From positions 3,410,001-3,474,000 of the forward strand of contig CAKKNE010000006.1 of assembly GCA_918797485.1 (NCBI GenBank): a DNA stretch of 64,000 bases, given 5' to 3'. The position numbers and the translations under genes are program-made. Within the stretch, counting starts at the first letter, position 1. Each line of letters starts with the position of its first letter. This document shows, in pieces, positions 53,519 to 64,000 of this stretch. A model generated the notes under the pieces. It ran no database searches. It was not told where the DNA came from and saw only the letters and a list, made by a program, of their open reading frames with translations. This DNA comes from Pelagomonas calceolata. Its lineage: Eukaryota.

Positions 53519-53939
53519 CACTTTGCGGGAGCCATTCCTCGAAAAATTTGGGGGCAGCCGCCCGAATTGCGATGAGTGATGTGCCGAGGCGCCTCCTGCG
53601 CGCCGGCGTCGAGCGGTCCCGGCTGCTTTTGTGATGCTGCCCAGCTTTGGCCTCTCCCTCTCCCTGGATTCGCATTCGTCGACTTTGGTTTCGCGACGCG
53701 TCGCCGTTGGAGTTGTTTGAGGAGTGGATTGGCCAGGAGGACTGCAAATTTTTCGAAAACCCGTCCCGCCTCGTCATCTCGGTCGTCGCGGTTTTTGACT
53801 GGATTCAGCATCTATTCGTGCACGCGGTTGCAAAACAGGTGTCACGGACGCACGACAGCTGCCTCCGCCTCGGCTTGCAGCGAGATCCGCCGCCGCCGCG
53901 CCCGATTTGAGCTGTAATCACTGCCAAAGGCCAGCTGCG

Positions 53940-55386
53940 ATGCTCGAGGCCGTCCTCACTCTACTGGCAGCGGCCTGGGGCGCGGCCATCCACCAACTCG
54001 TGCCGGCAGACCAACAACTCGCCGTCGGTGTCTTAGCATTCATCACTCTAGGAGCCGCGTACCTCTGCCAAAGCAAAACCAAAGAGTTAAGTGCCATCGG
54101 CCCCGCTGTTGATGAAGCCAAAGTAACCAAAAGGCCCTACCCTACGTATGATATCTCCACGCCGGAAGCGAAGAAGGCGTCCTTCAAAGCGATCATCCCG
54201 ATCCTCATCGACGAGGCCTGTGAGGAACTCGAGCAGTCCTATGAAGTGCGACCGGACGAGGTGGCGTGGATCCGGAAAGTTTTAGATTACAACGTGACGG
54301 GGGGCAAGATGAACCGAGGCTTGATGGTCGTCGAGAGCGGCATCTTGCTGTTTGGAGACCGTTGTACGAACGACGATTTATGCAGGTTCGCAGTTTTAGG
54401 CTGGGTCATCGAGATGCTGCAGGCCTGGTTGCTCATTGCGGATGATATTATGGACTCGTCCGTGACGAGGCGGGGCCAGCCGTGCTGGTACAAGAAGGAT
54501 GGTCTCGGTGTCGCGGCTATTAATGATGCTTTCTTGGTGGAGATGCTCCTGTTCAAGGCCTTGCGGAGGCATTTTGGGGATCGGCCCGAATATTCCAGAT
54601 TAGTTGATTTGGTCATGGAGACGACTCTACAGACCGAGTTAGGACAGCTGTTGGATATCAAGTGCGACACCGCTCCTCTCTCAGCTTTTACGCTGGACCG
54701 GTGGACGGCCATCGTCAAGTACAAGACGGCGTTCTATTCCTTCTACCTGCCCGTGGCGATGGCCATGGTCTGCGTGCGCGGCTGCGTCCTTTGTACGTTA
54801 CCACGGTGGCGCGCCATCGCCGCGCCGACGATCGCGTCGCGTTTTACCTGTCGACGGCGTCGCGCGCCGTCGATGCGTTCGGGGCCGCGGCGACGGCGTC
54901 GCGCCGCGCCATCGCCGCGCCGCGCCATCGCCGCGCCGATCATGGCGTCGCGTCCCGCAGGCCGGCATCGAAGATAGATCTGAATATGACGCTGCGCGCG
55001 AAATATTAGTCGTGATGGGCGTCTACTTCCAAGCCCAAGATGATTTCCTGGACGCCTTCGGTTCGCATGAACAGATCGGGAAAATAGGCACGGATATTCA
55101 AGATAAAAAATGCGGCTGGCTCTTCGTCAACGCGTACAACGGCATGGTCGACGCCAAGGACAAGGCGTACCTCGACAAGCACTACGGGCAGCCCACGTGC
55201 AAAGTGGGCTCGAAGCCGGAGAAGGCGATCAAGGAGATCTACAGAAAGATCGGCCTCGAGGCCAAGTATCAAAAATACGAGGAGGACAGCTACGCGCAGA
55301 TCATGAGCCTCAAGGGCAGCGCGAAGCAGGTCCCGTGGGCCGTCTTCGAGACGTTCCTCAAGAAGGTCTACAAGCGGAAGAAGTGA
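53940..55386 (+). CDS. FPPS: Farnesyl diphosphate synthase-type prenyltransferase (intron 54774-54960)
   Basis: 'YNVTGGKMNRG', FARM 'ADDIMD..TRRGQPCWY', 'GQLLD', 'YKTAFYSF', SARM 'FQAQDDFLD', 'KIGTDIQDKKCGW'. Confidence 0.95.
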
Positions 55387-55535
55387 GCTTTGTTTTCTCG
55401 GGGGGCGGCTAACGTGGGTTACCTTTACTCCGGCTCACGCAGACACGAGTACAACGCGGGGCGACCGACCGCCGCATCGACGCGGTCGAGTAGACTTCTA
55501 CTTACAGCGTAAAGGGGTAAAACAAGCAAGGCGAT

Positions 55536-56368
55536 CTAGTCGGCCGCGATGGAGACGACGCAGTACTCGGGCGGCGGCACGGGCGGGTCGGCACCGGTCG
55601 GATTGGCCAGGTCGCGGACCAGGACCTGTGCATAAATCAAAATTTCACGGCGCCTTCGCGCTGAATCGCCGCGTCGACCTCCACGCCATCGACGCGACGC
55701 CTGCTCGATAGCGTGGCGATGTCGGTTCCTCACTGCTCGACGGAGCCAGCGCGGTGGCCACGTCATCGCCGAGAAATGACTTTGTGAACAATTATCGGGT
55801 GCACCCGACTCACTGGTTCACTGGTTGATTTATGCACAGACCAACGAAGCCATCGACCTCGTCAGGCTGCTGCCGCCGCTTCTCCGCCTCGGCGAGCTCC
55901 CTCGCGGCGCGCGCGTGCCGCTCCTGCGCTGCCCGGTACTCGGCCTGCGGTTTGCGTTTTTTGTGAGTCGCGGCGATGGCGTGCGAGGACGCTGACTCGT
56001 GCCTCGCAACGCCGCCGCTCCTCGTTCCGCGTGTGCGCGAGCAGCCCTCCCGGTGGTGAACCGTCTCCATCTTCGTCGCCGCTCATCCTTCGCAGGACGT
56101 CGTCCAGGGCGCCCTGGTTTTCCTCGGGCTCGAGGAGGTCGTCGAGCACGGTGGCGGCCAAGCCGGCCGCCACGTTCTTGACGGCGCCCAGTCCCGCGAG
56201 CGCCGCGCCGCCCACCGCGCCGCCCACGTTTTTGAGGGCGCCGAGCGTCGGGCTCACGTCGTCGCCGCCGGCCGGCGGCGGCGGCGCGTCGTCTTCCGGT
56301 CGCTGCGGAGAGCTCTCGTCCGGCCGCGGCGGGTCCGGATCCATGATAGACGTATCGTAGATGTCCAT
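55536..56368 (-). CDS. Hypothetical protein (short intron at ~55945-56002 and introner intron 55626-55845)
   Basis: Three ORF pieces join in phase 0: ...RRRCE|AEYRAAQE...VDGF|VLVRDL... Confidence 0.55.
55618..55847 (-). mobile_element. Introner (55626-55839) with perfect 15-bp TIRs
   Basis: CTGTGCATAAATCAA / TTGATTTATGCACAG; TSD GTCCTGGT, with the upstream copy apparently eroded to GTTGGT. Confidence 0.88.
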
Positions 56369-56908
56369 CTTTGACGGGATAACGCTAATTTGAATCTGGG
56401 CGAAGCTGTGATGAGCGCGCGGCGCTCAGGACTAATAGTCGGCCTGTTCTTTACGCGTGCGCTCTCGTTTGACTGCCAGAGCGCCTCGTTCTCCCAGGTT
56501 GATTGAGCTGGATCGCGGAGCCTACGGATTTCGGGAGCTGCTGTGGTCGAAAATGTGGAAGGAAAGAAGTGCGCGAGGGTGTTGAATGACCGATCTTTCG
56601 GCTTCACGCACGCGTATTCCCGCTGTGTGCTTGGCACCCCTGCCGGCGCTGCTTGGCCAGCCGCCCCCCATGGCACGTACCGCTCGAGCCATACCAGCAG
56701 CCCTCAGGGCACCTAAAGACGCAATATCGGCGCGCAGGGGCCGTCGCGCCCCCACAAAACCGACCCGCGCGGCACCGCGGCGCGACGCGACGCCATCCTC
56801 GACGCCTCCTCGACGCCATCGCTGCGACAAGGCGACGCCGTCGACGCGACGCGCGAACAAGGAGCTAAGAATAGACAGCCTTACCCCGCCAGGACAGGAA
56901 GGAAGAAT

Positions 56909-59097
<2,189 letters not shown>

Positions 59098-59497
59098 TCA
59101 ATTGAGGCCGCCGCAGACCTTCAATTGTCCTCGCTGCAGCACTGAGGCCCCGCTACGTCAAAGTGCGCGCTGGGCCTCTAAGGCCTTCAGGACCCTCGTC
59201 GAGCGTCCCTGGACGCCTCGACGCATCAGGGGGCCCGGAAATGGAGTGCGGGTTTCGCGCTTAACATCTGGGACTCGGGCGCGCGCTGCCGCAAAACGCA
59301 AGCCCGCAGGGCGTGAGACGCAGTCGTTCATCGCAGAAAGTGCCCGCCGAGGCGTCCTCGCTGGCGCCGCAGCGAAAGAACGCGACGCAGAGGCAGAGGC
59401 CACAGCGCTCTCAGGAGGCGCCAAGCTCTCCGAAGCAAACGCGCGCGCTCCGGGCGTAACGCCACCGCCGCAGCGCGCGCAACGCCACCGCCGCGGC

Positions 59498-60071
59498 ATG
59501 GCCCGCTCCAAGACCACGCCCCGCATCGGCGGCGAGACCGGCGCTGGCACGCCAGCAAAAAAAAAGACGCCGACGAAGCGGAAGCAGCGGCTGCGACCGG
59601 GAGAGGCGGCGCTCAAGGAGATCCGCAAGTACCAGCGCTCTACCGATTTGCTGCTGCGGAAACTGCCCTTCGCTAGATTAGTACGGCAGGTCCAGCAGGG
59701 TCTGGCGCCGCACTGTGTGGAAATCAAATGTCGGGCGCCCCACGCCATCGACGCGATGTTGTCTCCGTAGCTGCGTCTGCTCGATGGCGTGGAGTTTCCA
59801 GGCCATCGACGCGACGTTGTTCCCGCGACCGCGTCGGCTCGATGGCGTGGAGGTTCAGGGCAATCTAACTCGCTGGTTGATTTCCACACAGGCGCCGCAC
59901 GACTTCCGCTGGCAAGCCGCGGCTTTGGTCGCGCTGCAGGAGGCCGCGGAGGCGCACCTCGTCGGGCTGTTCGAGGACGCGAACCTGTGTGCGATTCACG
60001 CCAAGCGCGTGACGATCATGGTCAAGGACATGCAGCTCGCGCGGCGCATCCGGGGCGTGCTGCGGGAGTAG
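59498..60071 (+). CDS. CENH3: Histone H3 variant, probably centromeric CENH3 (GC-AG intron 59705-59891)
   Basis: Divergent short tail '[14 protein letters not shown]'; 'KLPFARLVR' (A for the canonical Q) and 'FRWQ' (W for the canonical F). Confidence 0.8.
59705..59899 (+). mobile_element. Introner (59713-59891) with perfect 15-bp TIRs and perfect 8-bp TSD GCGCCGCA
   Basis: CTGTGTGGAAATCAA / TTGATTTCCACACAG; TSD copies at 59705-59712 and 59892-59899. Confidence 0.95.
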
Positions 60072-60332
60072 TGCTTGCTGCGTGTAAGAATCAAGAGTCA
60101 TCGGGGTCGCGGCGGGCGTACAGCTGTATTAGCATCTATTGGTCCGCGCCGGCGGCTTGAAGTTGTGGAGAAGAAAGGAGGTCTATGCGACCAGACCACA
60201 CCTTACTCTTTCCAAAACGCGAACCCGAACCAACCCTGGGCTGGCCGCGCCGCCCGGCATGGGCGCAGCGCTGCTTCGCACGTGCGGTGCGGAATGGGTC
60301 GCGCCCACTCTCGGGCGGCAACCTGATATATC

Positions 60333-63300
60333 ATGAGATGCTGCCAGTTATGCTTGCTGGTGAGCTTTGGGCTGCGCGTCCGTGGAGCTACCAATGGGAC
60401 TCTCACCGTGCCGCTAGTCGCGCGGGCTGAGCATCGGCGGTTGTCCGTCGACTTTAAGGAGGTCGTAAAGCTGGTGGCCAGCGACGCAGCGACCAACGAC
60501 GAGTTCGGCTACTCCGTGGCGATCGACGGAAACACCGTCGTGGTCGGAGCCCTCTACGACGACGACGCAGGCTCCATGTCGGGCTCGGCCTACGTGTTCC
60601 TAACGACCGACGGCGGCGCTACCTACGATCAGGTGGCCAAGCTGACTGCTGCCGATGCCGCTGCGGAAGACCGCTTCGGCACCTCCGTGGCGATCGCCGG
60701 CGATACCGTCGTGATTGGGGCCTACGGTGACTACTATGAAAGAGGTGCGGCCTACGTATTCCGAACGAGCGACGGCGGCGCCACATACGACCAGGTGGCC
60801 AAGCTGACGGCCGCTGACGCCGCCTCGTACGACTACTTCGGCTACTCCGTGGCGATCGACGGCAGCACCATCGTGGTCGGGGCCAGCGGCGACGACGACG
60901 CCGGCTTCTACTCGGGCGCAGTCTACGTCTTCCACACGAGCGACGGCGGCGCCACATACAGCCAGGTGGCCAAGCTGACGGCCTCCGACGCCGCGGCGGG
61001 CGACTACTTCGGCTACTCCGTGGCCATCGACGGCAGCACCATCGTGATCGGGGCCTACCGAGACAACGATGGCGGCTCGGACTCGGGCTCGGCCTACGTC
61101 TTCCACACGACCGACGGCGGCGCCACGTACGTCGAGGTGGCCAAGCTGACGGCCAGCGACGCCGCGGCGGGCGATCGCTTCGGCAACTCCGTGGCGATCG
61201 CTGGCGGCACCATCGTGATCGGGGCCTACGACGACGACGACGCCGGCTCCAAATCGGGCTCGGCCTACGTCTTCCGCACGAGCGACGGCGGCGCCACGTA
61301 CGGCCAGGTGGCTAAGCTGACGGCCGCCGACGCAGCTGCGGAGGACGACTTCGGCAGATCCGTGGCGATTTCCGGCGACAGTGTCGTGGTCGGGGCGCAC
61401 CAATGGAGTATTGGCGGTACGGGCATGGCCTACGTCTTCCAAACATCCGACGGCAGCGCCACATATGAACAGGTGGCCAAGCTGACGGCATCCGACGCCG
61501 CCAATTACGACCGTTTTGGCGTCTCCGTGGCGATTGATGGTGGCAACGTCGTGGTCGGGGCTTACCTGGACGACGACGGCGGCCAAAGCTCGGGCTCGGC
61601 CTACGTCTTCAGCTTCAACGTTTGTCCCCCTGGTTCGTTCAGCGACAACGGCTTCCTAGACGGTACCGGCCAGTGCACTGCGTGCCCTGCCTCAACGTAC
61701 CAGCCGCTGTCCGCCCAATCGGCGTGTGATCCTTGTGCGGCCGGCCGCTTCTCGGCCGAAGACGGCGCTGTTGATTGTGAGGCGTGCCCCGCCGGTCGGA
61801 GCCAATCGGCGAGCGGCCAGAGCGAGTGTGTTGTATGCGCGTCTGGCAGCTTCTCGGCCGAAGACGGCGCTGTTGATTGCGAGGCGTGCCCCGCCGGTCG
61901 GAGCCAAGCGGCGAGCGGCCAGAGCGAGTGTGTTGTATGCGCATCTGGCAGCTTCTCGGCCGAAGACGGCGCTGTTGATTGTGAGGCGTGTCCCGCCGGT
62001 CGGAGCCAAGCGGCGAGCGGCCAGAGCGAGTGTGTTGTATGCGCATCTGGCAGCTTCTCGGCCAGCGCTGTTGATTGTGAGGCGTGCCCCGCCGGTCGGA
62101 GTCAACCGGCGAGTGGCCAGAGCGAATGCAACACTGTGTGTCTTCCGGGAACCTACGCCCCCGCTGGGTCAGCATCCTGCGATCACTGCCCGTACAACAC
62201 GTACAGCAGCAGCCCAGGAGCCGCCGCCTGTGATCCTTGCCCCGACGACTTGAAAGCTGGCCTTGGGCAGTCCTACTGCTCCAGGTGCCTTCCTGGCGAA
62301 GCAGAGCACATCGCTGACGACGGTCTGAGCATTACGTGCTTGAAGTGTCAAAACGGCACGTTCAGCCCACTTGGGCTCTATTGCGAGGTCCCTCCGTTGG
62401 GGTGGTACACGCCAGACGCGGTTCAGAGTCTGCCATGTGCCGCCGGGAGTTTTGCCAACGAGACCTACGCCACTTCCTGCACCGCGTGTCCTGCTGGTCG
62501 AAGCCAACCGGCGAGCGGCCAAAGTGAATGTATCGGGTGCGCGCCGGAAACTTATCAGCCGGACGCGGGCCATTTAGGGTGCGAGCCGTGCGCGACGTTC
62601 CAGCTCGGTCGCGGGTCGCGAAGCGGTGCAGTTTCGTGTGATTATTGCGGCGCGGGCTTATATCTGGGCGACGACGCCTCCTCGGCCGACGGAAAAAATT
62701 GCTTCGCCTGCCCGGCGCACGCTGACTGCGCGGCGGGTACGACGCTGGCGACGCTAAACGTTCATCCCGGCTATTGGCGCACCGGCCGCACGTCTCCGAA
62801 GCTCAAGCGATGTTTCCTCGAAAGCGCTTGCGTCGGCGGCAACGCGTCGCAATGCGCACCGGGCTACCACAAGACGCTCTGCGCGTCGTGCGAGCACAAT
62901 TACTACCTGGAGGTCAGCACGGGCGAGTGTTATGAATGCGACGCAGCGGCGACGCGCCGGACGCGACATTTCTTCGGGCTGCACCTGTTCATCTTGCTTC
63001 TGTTCTGCGCGTCGCCCTTCATCGTCGCGCGATTTCTACGCGCTCGTGCCCACGATGCGGCGAAGCGGCGCTTCCGGGCTCGCAGCGGGCGGTGGTCGCG
63101 GAGCGCCAAGGCCCTGCTGCCAAAGGCAGGACGTGTCGTGCCCGACGGGGAGACCAGCACGTCGCGGCCGCCGTGGGGCAAAAACTTGGTCGGCACAGCA
63201 GTCAAGGTCCACGCCGTTGGGGCTTGGCTCAGAGCAGAGATTGTCGACGTGGAGACCGACTACAGTGGCGCGCGCGGCATTTGTATTCAGTACACGGACT

Positions 63301-64000
63301 ACCCGTCTGCCGACGAAGAATTTCACGATTACGAGAGCGAGGACATTATGTACCTGCCTCAATCTCAGACGCCCAAGAGCGATATACCTCAGCCTCAGGA
63401 CGACGCAGACCTTGCTCGCGAGGATATACCTCAGCCTCAGGACGACGCAGACCTTGCTCGCGAGGATATACCTCAGCCTCAGGACGACGCAGACCTTGCT
63501 CGCGAGACTCCAAAGATCCACCTGCGCGAGCTTACGAACGCGTCGCTCGACCTCGACGCCATTCTGCAGGAGATCCTTCCGGACCTGATGCCGCCGCAGC
63601 TGCGCATGACGTTTGACATTTGCGACCGAATCCCGGAACTAGCTCCGCTGCGGCTGAGGCTCCTCGAGGCGTCGTTCCGCGTCGCGGTGCCGCGCCTGCC
63701 GCGCCCGCGCCTGGACGAGCTTTTCGAGTTGCTGCGTCCAGATATGAAGATTCCCGCGGAGCTGGACCTCGATGTCCTCGTGTCATTGCTCGCTGAGGCC
63801 TTCCCGCGGCTTGACGCTCCGGACCTCGCGGTGATCCTCGACCTCCTCGACGGCGTACCGCGGCCGTCGCTCGACGCGAACGTGGCGAGCGTGCTACGTC
63901 TGATCGAGGAGGCTATTGTCGTGAAGGTGAAAATCGTGGTGACGTTTCTACAATGTCTGTGCTACTTGCCTGAAGTGTACTATGCGGTGACGTGGCCCAA
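60333..64000 (+). CDS. Large membrane protein: 7 FG-GAP-type repeats, Cys-rich (GCC2/GCC3, ephrin-receptor-like) repeats and TM segments; runs off the window
   Basis: Frame from ATG 60333 (MRCCQLCLLVSFG) reads as protein at all points checked and is absent from the ORF track, consistent with no stop before the edge; 7x 'KLTAxDAAxxDxFGxSVAIDG..VVGA'; 'CEACPAGRSQ' repeats; 'KVKIVVTFLQ' near the end. Confidence 0.88.
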   Translation, partial: MRCCQLCLLVSFGLRVRGATNGTLTVPLVARAEHRRLSVDFKEVVKLVASDAATNDEFGYSVAIDGNTVVVGALYDDDAGSMSGSAYVFLTTDGGATYDQVAKLTAADAAAEDRFGTSVAIAGDTVVIGAYGDYYERGAAYVFRTSDGGATYDQVAKLTAADAASYDYFGYSVAIDGSTIVVGASGDDDAGFYSGAVYVFHTSDGGATYSQVAKLTASDAAAGDYFGYSVAIDGSTIVIGAYRDNDGGSDSGSAYVFHTTDGGATYVEVAKLTASDAAAGDRFGNSVAIAGGTIVIGAYDDDDAGSKSGSAYVFRTSDGGATYGQVAKLTAADAAAEDDFGRSVAISGDSVVVGAHQWSIGGTGMAYVFQTSDGSATYEQVAKLTASDAANYDRFGVSVAIDGGNVVVGAYLDDDGGQSSGSAYVFSFNVCPPGSFSDNGFLDGTGQCTACPASTYQPLSAQSACDPCAAGRFSAEDGAVDCEACPAGRSQSASGQSECVVCASGSFSAEDGAVDCEACPAGRSQAASGQSECVVCASGSFSAEDGAVDCEACPAGRSQAASGQSECVVCASGSFSASAVDCEACPAGRSQPASGQSECNTVCLPGTYAPAGSASCDHCPYNTYSSSPGAAACDPCPDDLKAGLGQSYCSRCLPGEAEHIADDGLSITCLKCQNGTFSPLGLYCEVPPLGWYTPDAVQSLPCAAGSFANETYATSCTACPAGRSQPASGQSECIGCAPETYQPDAGHLGCEPCATFQLGRGSRSGAVSCDYCGAGLYLGDDASSADGKNCFACPAHADCAAGTTLATLNVHPGYWRTGRTSPKLKRCFLESACVGGNASQCAPGYHKTLCASCEHNYYLEVSTGECYECDAAATRRTRHFFGLHLFILLLFCASPFIVARFLRARAHDAAKRRFRARSGRWSRSAKALLPKAGRVVPDGETSTSRPPWGKNLVGTAVKVHAVGAWLRAEIVDVETDYSGARGICIQYTDYPSADEEFHDYESEDIMYLPQSQTPKSDIPQPQDDADLAREDIPQPQDDADLAREDIPQPQDDADLARETPKIHLRELTNASLDLDAILQEILPDLMPPQLRMTFDICDRIPELAPLRLRLLEASFRVAVPRLPRPRLDELFELLRPDMKIPAELDLDVLVSLLAEAFPRLDAPDLAVILDLLDGVPRPSLDANVASVLRLIEEAIVVKVKIVVTFLQCLCYLPEVYYAVTWP
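63381..63506 (+). repeat. Coding tandem repeat, 3 x 42 bp (DIPQPQDDADLARE)
   Basis: gatatacctcagcctcaggacgacgcagaccttgctcgcgag occurs three times, identical. Confidence 0.95.

Noticed and set aside
59498..60071. Canonical histone H3
   Set aside because: The tail lacks ARTKQTARKS/KAPRK, and the fold has CENH3-type substitutions.
60460..61610. Regularly spaced ~170-bp DNA repeats as satellite or array
   Set aside because: They encode the seven FG-GAP propeller blades.
63381..63506. 42-bp repeats as a possible CRISPR array
   Set aside because: No spacers, in-frame coding repeats, eukaryotic context and no cas genes.

Overview
GC-rich, gene-dense eukaryotic nuclear DNA with short GT-AG and GC-AG introns and bipartite (signal peptide + ASAF-like) plastid presequences. 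It most resembles a pelagophyte alga (Pelagomonas/Aureococcus-like); this is inferred from gene content and intron style, not from a search. About 40 protein-coding genes are present, including chlH, a plastid ferrochelatase, petC, an Lhcr-type antenna, nuclear cpn60, 6PGD, FolC, FPPS, COX11, a GBP-like GTPase and a CENH3-like histone. Highlights: (1) a tandem pair of proteins combining an F-box-like N-terminus, an H3-like fold, an H4-like fold, an acidic tract and a SHOCT-like tail; (2) eight introns that look like TIR/8-bp-TSD DNA transposons (introners) at different stages of decay, plus older introns retaining a relic motif; (3) a recurring CTAG-bounded motif of about 22 bp upstream of genes; (4) head-to-head Mg-chelatase H and ferrochelatase genes; (5) tandem receptor-like genes sharing flanks, TM and tail but not ectodomains. 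No rRNA, tRNA or CRISPR array was recognised. Splice sites were deduced by hand from reading-frame logic, and no database searches were run.
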